Below, piece after piece: positions 1 through 12,400 of a DNA stretch of 64,000 nucleotides. The position numbers were made by a program, and so were the translations under genes. Every line of letters starts with the position of its first letter. The stretch's first letter is position 1. The notes beneath the pieces were generated by a model that was given only the letters and a program-made list of their open reading frames with translations, had not been told where the DNA came from and ran no database searches. Origin of the DNA: Macrostomum lignano (lineage: Eukaryota); NCBI GenBank assembly GCA_002269645.1, contig NIVC01000714.1, positions 62,001-126,000 of the forward strand, given 5' to 3'.

Positions 1-383
1 GATGCTACTCGCAAGTATGACAAAAAGTAGTATGATTGGGACTTTTTGTTTCATTTTGCGAGGTCAAATATAAAACAATTTGACTAAAAGTTGTGTACAT
101 TGTTTAATTATTAATTAATAAATTGGTTCGAGTCATAGTTGATGACATTTTTCAGACTTTTATTTTGATTGCAATCAGAAATTCACAATTAGATTACTGT
201 TGATGGACACATTGGAGAGTGACTGGACAATGCAATACATGCCTCAACTGTCGTGCAGGTGCTAATTCGTTAAGCATATTGGAATGATGGGAAGATTTGC
301 TTTCCAATTATACCTGTCTGTATCCGTGTGTGTTAGCTTATCAATCAGCTAAATTGCTATTGTCTATCTGGTGCTGTGACTGC

Positions 384-486
384 CTGACTGGCTGACTGAC
401 TGACTGACTGACTGACTGACTGACTGACTGACTTGACTGAGTGGGTGACTGACTGACTGACTGACTGACTGACTGACTGACTGACT

Positions 487-534
<48 letters not shown>

Positions 535-725
535 TGAGTGAGTGGGTGACTGACTGACTGACTGACTGACTGACTGACTGACTGACTGACTGACTTGACT
601 GAGTGGGTGACTGACTTGACTGAGTGGGTGACTGACTGACTGACTGACTGACTGACTGACTGACTGACTGACTGACTGACTGACTTACTTACTGACTGAC
701 TGACTGACTGACTTGAGTGAGTGGG

Positions 726-769
<44 letters not shown>

Positions 770-864
770 TGACTGACTGACTGACTTGAGTGAGTGGGTG
801 ACTGACTGAGACTGACTGACTGACTGACTTACTTACTGACTTGAGTGAGTGGGTGACTGACTGA

Positions 865-899
<35 letters not shown>

Positions 900-962
900 C
901 GACTGACTGACTGACTTACTGACTGACTTGACTGAGTGGATGACTGACTGACTGACTGACTA

Positions 963-1000
<38 letters not shown>

Positions 1001-1069
1001 TGACTGACTGACTGACTGACTGACTGACTGACTGACTGACTGACTGACTGACTGACTGACTGACTGACT

Positions 1070-1101
<32 letters not shown>
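384..1101. repeat. (GACT)n microsatellite
   Basis: Seen directly, with GAGTGGGT interruptions. Confidence 0.95.
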
Positions 1102-2406
1102 AAGTGTTTGAAGTATGAAGTCACTATTCAGATACAAAAGTACTCCAGCCATGCCATCATGCAGCCATCAATATATTCTTGGAGTAAGTCTAAACGTTCA
1201 TTTTTTTATCAAATATGTTTACAGCGTCAACGCTGAGAAAACTCTCGTGACGAACCCCAGACAGAACGCAGTTTTGCCTGGCAGCATGGGTTTCAATAAG
1301 CTTTCTAAGAAAAGTTTTACGAGCGGGCAGGAGTTATGGCTGCTCAGTCTCTCGCGGGGTGGGGGGCGAGGGTCTGCAAAAAAATTCGGATTTGGCACGA
1401 AGCCGCAGGCCCTCAGTAACTCGGGGGAGAGAGAGAGATGGATAAGGCAGCCTCTCACTGCTCAGTCTACTGCAGTTGGCACCTTCGGACTCGAAGATGC
1501 TCCAGTTTTCGAGAGCTCAGGTGCTAAAGGTAAATAAATAGAAAAATAGAAAATTTCATTTCTAGAATAGACACACGTTTGACGGGCTGAAAATTCTATT
1601 TTTTATTTGAACGACTCCACAAGGAGCTCATTGTTGCTTTTGTCGAATTTTACTACGGTCGATGAAGCTCTGGCCCTGACGCCTTAGTCACACCTTTTCA
1701 GGCTTGCCTTCTTCTGCGAGGCAGTCCGCCATGGACTTCCAAACCTATGACACCTCATGCAATCAATGGACGATCAAGCTTTCCTTCTGCCAATAGGACG
1801 ATCGCGCGAAGCTGGCATGCTTTCAATCGGAAGTGGCTTCATCAGATATTATCGACTTAAATTCAGGAGAATTTATTATTGGAAACTGTCAAACGCGAAA
1901 AAATTAGAGCGAACTCACTGCTCCTGCTGTCTCTTTTATGAATTTCTTTCTAGCTGGATTTCTTCTCGTTCGAAGACTGTCTGTGGTAAATCCCCATCTG
2001 ATCCTTTCGGAGCATGCATGTATGGAAAGTTCGAGTGGCGTCATTCGAGTTTCGGTGACAGCACGGATACAGAACGCTCTATTTCAATCCAGTTGTTGTT
2101 TTAATTCTGGTCGAACTCCATGGCCTGCTGTGCCATCCCCCAGACACACTGTCGCCCCAGCAAGCGTCTGACGGGAGTCGGTGCAGCCTCCTCATTGGCT
2201 GAGGGCCACCAGCCCTCTCTCTCCCTCACACCCAGTGCCGAAGCTGCCCACCCACCCCAAACGCCAATTGAAGGGCGGCTGCAGGTCCGGAGACCTCGCA
2301 GGCAATCAACCCGCCTGAATCTGCTTTAATTTCCTAGAGCTCTCCGTTGGCCTCGTCAACCATTTTGAAGACTTTCCTTTCCTAAGTTTCAAACAGCACA
2401 GGTGCA

Positions 2407-3451
2407 ATGAGGACCTCTGCTGCAGCAAGCATTTTGCTGCTACTGCGGCTGCTTATGCTGGCGCCAAACTCGCAGGGCAGCGGCGGCGGCGGCTCGGGAA
2501 CAGACGGAGACGGCTACAGCTACTACGCCGACAACATCGCCTACCTGAACAACCTGTGCTATCACCGCAATGGCCGGGCCAAGTTCTGCCAGCCCCAGTT
2601 TGAGAACCTGGCCGTCAACAAGCGTGTGGAGGCCAGCAGCACCTGCGGAGCCACCCCGGTCAGAATCTGCCGCCGGGAGGGCCTGCGGCACAGCTGCGAA
2701 GTCTGCGACTCGTCAAGACCGAAGCTCAGCCACCCGGCCAGTCACCTGACCGACTATCACCTGCACGGCAGCTGCTGGGTGTCCGAGCCGCTGCGGCCGA
2801 ACCTCACATCCGTGAACTTGACCATCAGCTTCCACAAGAAGCACACGGTTTACTACATGAGCATCACCGGCTGCGGTGTGCAGCTGCCCGACGCTATTGA
2901 GGTGTTCAAATCTGCCGACTACGGAGCTACCTGGCAGTTGTGGCACCTGTTCTCAAACAACTGCACCAGAGACTACGGCAAGCGCGGCTACTCGTACCAG
3001 TTTCGCGAGATCATCCAGGCCAAGGAGGTCATCTGCAGCGACATCAACCTCATCACCAACATCAACGACCTTGGCGACAACCAGCTGCAGCAGCCGGTGC
3101 TCAGCTTCAGCACCAACTTCAACCGGTACTCAACTAACGGCAACTACGAGAAAGACCCCGTCATCATCGACTGGATGCTGGCCACCGACATGCGGTTGGT
3201 GCTGCGGCGGCATCCGTTCAAGAACGGCTCCGTCTTGGCCCAGCCGTTCGCCTTCTCCAACCTGGACATCGGCGGCAGGTGCTTCTGCAACGGGCACGCC
3301 AGCAGGTGCGTCTCTAAGCCTGGCGGCGACGGCGGCCAGGTGTGCGAGTGCGCGCACGGCACCGAAGGCGACGACTGCGAAAGGTGCAAACAGTTCTGGG
3401 TGGACCTGCCGTGGCGCAGGGGCACCCTGTCTGATCCGTCTGAGTGCAAGC
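2407..3451 (+). CDS. netrin: netrin exon 1 (signal peptide, LN domain, LE1)
   Basis: ORF 2407-3459 is netrin-like up to the donor AAGC|GTGAGT at 3451/3452. Confidence 0.93.
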
Positions 3452-6400
3452 GTGAGTAGCAGATATTTTGTCCAGGTATTTCCACTACTCGTCAATTATT
3501 GTGTTAGGTCGGTCTTCTGATAACTGGTCAGGTAAATGTGTCAAGGAAATTGTGTCAGGTCTCGCACTGGCGTCGCACCTGATCAAAGCTGAGCCGATGG
3601 GCAGGCAGTCGCTAACATTTCTAAACCGCTTCCAGTGCGCAACTTCACTGACTGCTGTTTGTCTAACTGGACTTGAAGTGAAAATCTCTGGGCTTTCGCT
3701 TAGCATAACCGCATGCTTTTTGCTGCGATTTATCTAACCTTGCTAATTCAATTATGCTCGTATGCATGACACCTCACGGCCTGGGAGCCCTGATCACAGC
3801 TGAGAACAAGCAAGTAGACATAGGCCTATAGGTTAACAGAACTCAAAGAAAGTCTCAAGCTCTCACACAATGCCCTGTGCTCGGTCACGCAAGATGCGCT
3901 TTTTTGATTCGCCGTCCACCGCCTCACCTGAGCTGGGGCAGTCGGGATGGACGGGAGTTTCTTCTTCAACGGATTTCTTTCTTAACGACAATTCGAACGT
4001 GACTTTCGTTCCAAATTCCTCAAGTTCACATGGAGGAGCTCTGCGGGTCAGTGAGCACTGGAGAGCTCAATTCCCGAGCAATTCGAGTATCTTTTTCTTC
4101 GACTTGACAAATAAGAGATTTGTAGTCGAAAACCTCCAGGGAATTGGTCGTTTACTGAGAGACACACGAAGAAAACAAACTACCGCAGGGCGCACAACCG
4201 CCGTGATTCGTCAAACGCATGCTTTGAAGATTAGTTCTCGCGTGGGCGGGAATCGAACCCAAGGTTACTTTTGGGTACTTTGGGGTAGAGGTGCGCGCAG
4301 GTACAGGCGTGTACAGGTAGAAGCGCGCACAGAGACGTGCACAGGTAGAAGCGTGCAGAGGTAGAGACGTGCACAGGTAGAAGCGTGCACGGGTAGAAGC
4401 GTGCAGAGGTAGAGACGTGCACAGGTAGAGGCACGCACAGGTTGAGGCACGCACAGGTAGAGGCACGCACAGGTAGAGGCGCACACAGGTAGAGGCGTGC
4501 ACAGGTAGAGGCGCACACAGGTAGAGGCGTGCACAGGTAGAGGCGCACACAGGTAGAAGCGTGCACAGGTAGAGACGTGCACAGGTAGAAGCGTGCAGAG
4601 GTAGAGACGTGCACAGTTAGAGAAGCGCACAGGTAGAGGCGCACACAGGTAGAGGTGGGGCACTATTTTGGCGCGAGAACTTACCGCTCCCGAGACACTC
4701 ACTCTGCCTCTTGGATAATTTGTGTGCCGCTAAACGTATATTACTAACAGAAGACACCATTATAACCTGCTCGCTTTGCTTAACAACCGCATGCAGTCTA
4801 ACACTAAACCGAATGCTTCCGTACCTAACCGCCCATCCCTCTGCGCTAGCCTGCAACTGCAACCTGCACAGCCAGCGCTGCAGCTTTGATCAGGCGCTGT
4901 ACACCAAGGCGAGAGGCGGCGGCCGGTGCCAGCAGTGCGAGCACAACACCGCTGGAGCTCACTGTGACACCTGCTCACCTGGCTATTATCGAGACCTGAC
5001 CAAAGACATGACCAGTCCAAAAGCTTGTCAAGGTAAATATTTCAAGCATAATTATTGGGACTATCAACCGAACCCGATTAACAGGTTGCGACTGTCACTC
5101 GCACACCGATCGGTGCTACTTCGATGCCGCGGTGTTCCAGAGCAGCGCCGCTTCTGGCGGCAGCGGCAGCGGGGGCGTCTGCCTGGGCTGCCGGCACAAC
5201 ACCGCGGGCAGGCAGTGCAGCGACTGTCGGCCCGGATTTCATAGAAATCGCAATGTGCCGCCCGACAGCGCCAGGGCCTGCACTCGTGAGTTGGAGACGG
5301 AAATCTAGCAGTCAGGCGCCAAGTCTAGCAGTCAGGCGCCAAGTCTAGGAGTCAAGCGCCAAGTCTAGCAGTCAGGCGCCAAGTCTAGCAGTCAGGCGCC
5401 AAGTCTAGCAGTCAGGCGCCAAGTCTAATAATCAGGCGCCAAGTCTAGCACTCAGGCGCCAAGTCTAGGAATCAGGCGCCAAATCTAATAATCAGGCGCC
5501 AAGTCTAATCTATTAATCAGGCGCCAAATCTATAAATCAGGCGCCAAAGCTATTGATCAGGCGCCAAGTCTTGGAATCAAGCACCAAGTCTAATAATCAG
5601 GCGCCAAGTCTAGCAGTCAGGCACCAAATCTAATAATCAGGCGCCAAGTCTAATCTATAAATCAGGCGCCAAATCTATAAATCAGGCGCCAAAGCTATTG
5701 ATCAGGCGCCAAGTCTAGCAGTCAGGCACCAGTCTAATAATCAGGCGCCAAGTCTAGCAGTCAGGCCCAAGTCTAGGAATCAGGCGCCAAATCTAATAAT
5801 CAGGCGCCAAGTCTAATCTATTAATCAGGCGCCAAATCTATAAATCAGGCGCCAAAGCTATTGATCAGGCGCCAAGTCTTGGAATCAGGCACCAAGTCTA
5901 ATAATCAGGCGCCAAGTCTAATAATCAGGCGCCAAGTCTAGGAGTCAGGCGCCAAGTCTAATAATCAGGCGCCAAGTCTAATAAACAGGCGCCAAGTCTA
6001 ATCTATTAATCAGGCGCCAAATCTATAAATCAGGCGCCAAAGCTAATAATCAGGCGCCAAGTCTAATCTATTAATCAGGCGCCAAATCTATAAATCAGGC
6101 GCCAAAGCTATTGATCAGGCGCCAAGTCTAGTAATCAGGCACCAAGTCTAGTAATCAGGCGCCAAATCTAGTAATCAGGCGCCAAGTCTAGTAATCAGGC
6201 GCCAAGTCTAATAATCAGGCGCCAAGTCTAATAATCAGGCGCCAAGTCTAGGAGTCGGGTTTTAAAAATGATTTAATATGGTTTAAGTTTTAGCTATCCC
6301 AGTCTACAGTCCAGTATCTATCTCTAGGAGTCCTTGAACAATAGCAGCTCTCAAATCGAACGGCATAGAGAATTTGGATTGCGCAATGGGGACTCGCGCC

Positions 6401-9400
6401 AGAGAAAGGCGTTAATACTCCATTGTGTACAGATAAGATAAGATAAGGTAGTTAGAGAGAAGGCACAAAAGATGAAAGGCGGCGCATTGGAAATTATATT
6501 ATTACGACTGCATTCTATTCTAATTGAAATCTCCAGTTAGACCTAACCAAACAGTTTTTATAGCAATTAAACCTCTGATTCACAAATTCTTGTTTATTTA
6601 TTGTTCAATTTACGACGTCGCCGGTTGGATCGATAATTGGATAATTAATGTTATAACACCTGAACTCAAAATTATTATAATTTTCCAAGTCTGCAACTGC
6701 CACCCGTTGGGCTCGAGGAGCAATATCTGCGACGGCAGCAGCGGCCACTGCACCTGCAAGGATGGAGTTAGCGGAGACAAGTGCGACAGGTGCATGGCCG
6801 GCTACGAGCAGACTAATGACCCAGCAGTGCCTTGCAGGCGGATCGGTGAGGCTGGGGAGAGGGAGGCAGCAAGGTAGAGGGATAGTGAGAGGGAGAGTGG
6901 TAAAGAGAGAGGGGGAGAGAGAAAGACAGAGACACATAGACACAGAGACACAGACACAGAGACACAGAGACACAGACACAGAGACACAGAGACACAGAGA
7001 CACAGACACAGAGACACAGACACAGAGACACAGAGACACAGAGACACAGAGACACAGAGACACAGAGACACAGAGACACAGAGACAGACACAGAGACACA
7101 GACAGACACAGAGACACAGACAGACACAGAGACACAGAGACACAGAGACACAGAGACACAGAGACACAGAGACACAGAGACACAGAGACACAGAGACACA
7201 GAGACACAGAGACACAGAGACGCAGAGACACATAGACAGAGACACAGAGACAGACACAGAGACACAGAGACACAGAGACACAGAGACACAGCGACACAGA
7301 GACAGACACAGAGACAAGAGACACAGAGACAGACACAGAGACACAGAGACACAGAGACACAGAGACACAGAGACACAGAGACACAGAGACACAGAGACAG
7401 ACACAGAGACACAGAGACACAGAGACACAGAGACACAGAGACACAGAGACACAGAGACACAGAGACACAGAGACACAGAGACACAGAGACACAGAGACAC
7501 AGAGACACAGAGACACAGAGACACATAGACAGAGACACAGAGACAGACACAGAGACACAGAGACACAGAGACACAGAGACACAGAGACACAGAGACACAG
7601 AGACACAGAGACACAGACAGACACAGAGACACAGAGACACAGAGACACAGAGACAGACACAGAGACACAGCGACACAGAGACACAGAGACACAGAGACAC
7701 AGAGACACAGAGACAGACACAGAGACACAGCGACACAGAGACACAGAGACACAGAGACACAGAGACACAGAGACACAGAGACACAGAGACACAGAGACAC
7801 AGAGACAGACACAGAGACACAGACAGACACAGAGACACAGAGACACAGAGACACAGAGACACAGAGACACAGAGACACAGAGACACAGAGACACAGAGAC
7901 ACAGAGACACAGAGACAGACAGAGACACAGACAGACACAGAGACACAGAGACACAGAGACACAGAGACAGACACAGAGAGAGGTTACTGCGTATCAGTTT
8001 AGTCAAATTAATTGGCGTCCTTCATCAGAAGATTTCAAGGAAGAGATAGGTGATGGAAGAGGGAGTGAGAGAGAGAGAGAGAGGGAGAGAAGGTAGGGAC
8101 TCCAATCTCCCTGACTGCAATCACTCTGACTAGAATATGAGCGTAGCTCCACCAGATACTCCACCAGAATCTCATGCAATTGCAAGAAAACGTTTTTCAA
8201 ATGGATTTTTCAATCAATACCTTTAAGGTGAGGCCTGGAGGCCGCAGCCGCCGCCACCACCGCCGCAGCCACAACCGCAGCCGCAGCCGCAACGGCCGCA
8301 GCCACCGGCGCGCCAGCCGTCAAGACCATCAAGCTCGTCTGGATCTCGAGGCGACAGGCGCGGCAAACCAGGTGAATTCTCAAGTCACCTTGTGACCAGT
8401 GGTAGTTGGGGATTAAATTCAGTTTGGTTTAACTTCAATTTTTCTCATTATCCTTACCTTCCTCTGACCCTCTCCTCTCAGACACTCTCTCACTAACCCT
8501 CTCCTCTCTCACTAACCCTCTCCTCTCTCACTGTCACTCTCCTCTCTCACTGTCACTCTCCTCTCTCATTGTCACTCTCCTCTCTCACTGTCACTCTCCT
8601 CTCTCACTGTCACTCTCCTCTCTCACTGTCACTCTCCTCTCTCACTGTCACTCTCCTCTCTCACTGTCACTCTCCTCTCTCACTGTCACTCTCCTCTCTC
8701 ACTGTCACTCTCCTCTCTCACTGTGACACTCTCCTCTCTCACTAACACTCTCCTCTCTCACTAACACTCTCCTCTCTCACTAACACTCTCCTCTCTCACT
8801 GTCACTCTCCTCTCTCACTAACACTCTCCTCTCTCACTGTCACTCTCCTCTCTCACTAACACTCTCCTCTCTCACTAACACTCTCCTCTCTCACTGTCAC
8901 TCTCCTCTCTCACTGTCACTCTCCTCTCTCACTGTCACTCTCCTCTCTCACTGTCACTCTCCTCTCTTACTGTCACTCTCCTCTCTCACTGTCACTCTCC
9001 TCTCTCACTGTCACTCTCCTCTCTCACTGTCACTCTCCTCTCTTACTGTCACTCTCCTCTCTTACTGTCACTCTCCTCTCTTACTGTCACTCACCTCTCC
9101 CTCTGACACTCTCCTCTCCCTCTGACACTCTCTCCTCTCCATTATCTTTCTTGGAACCCTTCATCCCATCGACAACTGTCCCTGTAGTTCCAAATCTCCC
9201 TGGCAACTAATTGCCACCGCACCTTTCGCCCTCAAAGAGGTGAAAAAAAAACAAAGTTAATCACTCGTTCTTCATCTTAAATTTCTTACTCATCGTTAAC
9301 TATGAAAATAGTGGCACAATGAATATCAACAAAGACCAGGGCATACAGCGTCCCAATAATGGCGATGGCGACACTTCATCAGAACTCTAAAAAGCTCACT

Positions 9401-12400
9401 TGACTGAAGTGGCCGCCTCTTTTTACTCGCACACGATTTTTGCCGGGCGACAAAGACTTTTCCTGTATTTCTGATTTTCAAGTGCTCGCCTGCTGAAAAC
9501 TTGGAAGAGAAACACTCCAGCAGTCCCCGGGATCAGAGGCAATTTATAGGGCCTATTATTATTATTAAGGGGCAGTTGTCCGGGCACCATACAGAGACGA
9601 CAAGATTATGCAAGATCCCACCATCCATTCTCATTCAATCCCTGGCAGCTCTCAAGTGCCCGCGACCGTGGTTTTGACCGCGGCTGGGCATCCCCAAAAG
9701 ACTTGACACTTTTCATTCAAAAATCTTTCTCGATCCCCCACAACTTCTTGGCCACAGCGCGGAGCCCGCGTCAGTTTTTTTGAAAGAGAGGCCTGCCTCC
9801 TGCCTACGCACCAATCCCCCAGGTGTGCCGTGCATGGCGAAAAGTTGTCGACATTGAAGAACGATTTCAATCCCTCTAATATATTTAATGAGTAGCGCCT
9901 GATAATGGGCAGCTGATATAACCAGGCCTGACATTGCCGGCCACGTCAACTCGGGATGAAGAGAAATCTCTTCACACCTTTCCACCCGCGCCACCATCGT
10001 TTAAGGCAGGTTTTACACGCAGCTCTGAAGGGGCCTTAGCTGTCTGTCTGCCTCTCTCTCGCCTTTCTCTCCCCTACCCTAGGCAGGGCTAGGCTCTCCG
10101 GCTCTCTCGGGGTTGTAAAAAAGGAATTCCAGGCATGACAACACAGCGAGCGCGAGAGTCAAGGCGGTCGACAGCAGCCCATCTGGCACAGTTCGATTGT
10201 AGACGGGAAAAGTTGAAGTTTTTAAGGCCTGGTCAGCATATGTCGCCAATACTCGGAGAGAGATGGGAGAGGCAACAGAAGTAAAACAGCATCGCACAGT
10301 TGTCGGTCTCGCCCAGCGGCAGCTGAAGTGCCCAAAAAGCATTACCGTTTGCTTCCATTAAAAGCCTGCCCCCCCCAGCCTCTTCTTAACAAATTGGTGC
10401 GGCTGAAGCCCAGAAAGCTTTTTTTCGCACCCGGGTGCCGCGTCGTAGCATTTCCGAAATTCCCCGAATATTCCGTATCGTTCGGGAACCGATTTCTCCA
10501 CTCGCCGCATTAAAAGCGCCACAATTCTTTGTTTTGCAGGTCGAACCAAATCGAAGGACAGGAAGTGCCCGAAAAGGTGCAAATCGAATGACTCAAGCCT
10601 CACTCAGGTGGACTATTGTCTGCGACCGTGGGGTGAGTATGGGAGAGCTGGCAAATATTGATGGGAATCAACTAAAGAGTGGAATATAGATGGGATGATG
10701 GAAACAGAACAGGGACAACAGGAAACAGAACAGGGAAAACAGGAAACAGAACAGGGACACCAGGAAACAGAACAGGGAAAACAGGAAACAGAACAGGGAA
10801 AACAGGAAACAGAACAGGGAAAACAGGAAACAGAATAGGGAAAACAGGAAATAGAATAGGGACAACAGGAAACAGAACAGGGAAAACAGGAAAAAGAACA
10901 GGGAAAACAGGAAACAGAACAGGGAAAACAGGAAACAGAACAGGGAAAACAGGAAACAGAACAGGGAAAACAGGAAACAGAACAGGGAAAACAGGAAACA
11001 GAATAGGGAAAACAGGAAATAGAATAGGGACAACAGGAAACAGAACAGGGAAAACAGGAAATAGAACAGGGAAAACAGGAAACAGAACAGGGAAAACAGG
11101 AAACAGAACAGGGAAAACAGAAAATGGAACAGGGAAAACAGGAAACAGAACAGGGACAACAGGAAACAGAACAGGGACAACAGGAAACTTAACTTGTTCA
11201 TCCATCAAATTCAGAGATTTGAGAGCTTAAATACCACAACGCGGAATTTCTGGGAGAGAAAAATGATTAGGAAAATATTTTTTTTTCCAGCCTGGTATGA
11301 AGGTTTAGACAGAATCACCAAGGCATCGAACATTCTGGTGCAGAAATTTAGTTGGATCGATAATTTCTTGCCTTACTCAGCAGCCGTTGTTTCTCGTCAC
11401 GAGTTTAGCAATTTTGGAATCGAGCGATTGGAGAGAGAGCTTGGGGGAGAAATGTCCTCGAAAGTGCAGATGAACATGGCTCAGTCCACTGCAATTAGAG
11501 GGGAACGCGTCATACTCAATGTTTCTTGGAAATCTTTTGAAGGCTCATTTTTCCATTTTTTTCGAATCCGTACCAACATTTCTATCGCAAATCTGAGACT
11601 GTGTGATATGGCGCCAAATCTATGATTGATTGATATGGCGCCAAATCTGGGACCGTTTGATATGGCACCAAATCTGAGACTGTTTGATATGATGCCAAAA
11701 CTATGATTGATTGATATGGCGCCAAATCTGGGACTGTTTGATATGGCGCCAAATCTGGGACTGTTTGATCTGGCGCCAAATCTGGGACTTTTTGAAATCT
11801 GGGACTGTTTGATATGGCGCCAAATCTGGGACTGTTTGATATGGCACCAAAACTCTAAGATAGCTCCAAATTAAGACCCAGTTGCGGCATAAAATATGCA
11901 GAGGCATTAACGGCAAGCAGGTCCAGAGGTGTTAAACTCGCACACACACGCGCACATATGCACACAATAGCCTACTGATAAATCTAAAAGGCAAATAACA
12001 GCAACCGCTTGGAGAGAAGAAGCTGAAAATCGGGAGAATTGTCTGAAGATCACGCGCCTCACCGGGTCGAGTGGCTGTGAAAAATTCAGTGGTTACAGAA
12101 TTGCGGCTCCGTCAATCATACAGACAGGTTATTAATAGAATACTCAATTGACTGCTCAAGCAGTCTGGCTGTGTTATCATTTCTTTGGGCTACTCATCCA
12201 ACCCCCGCAGCCCGGGGTGGTCAAGAATCGGTGTGGTCGTCTTTTGCTATTGTATAAAAATAAATAACTACGAAATTTAGCGCCAGGTGTGGCCACTGAC
12301 ACGGCACAGTCTTTGCTTAAGCGCACCATTGCTTGTGAGAAGCTGAGGGAGACAAGACTTCAGTGACACTTGTACAAGACTTTAGTTTTGTACAAGATTT

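Noticed and set aside
6605-8006. Long LCVSVS/RHRDTET ORFs
   Set aside because: Artefacts of the (AGAGACAC)n intronic repeat.
9200-10200. Non-repetitive stretch in netrin intron 5; considered as a nested gene or TE fragment
   Set aside because: Only short ORFs and no recognisable motifs or terminal repeats, so it cannot be supported from the sequence alone.
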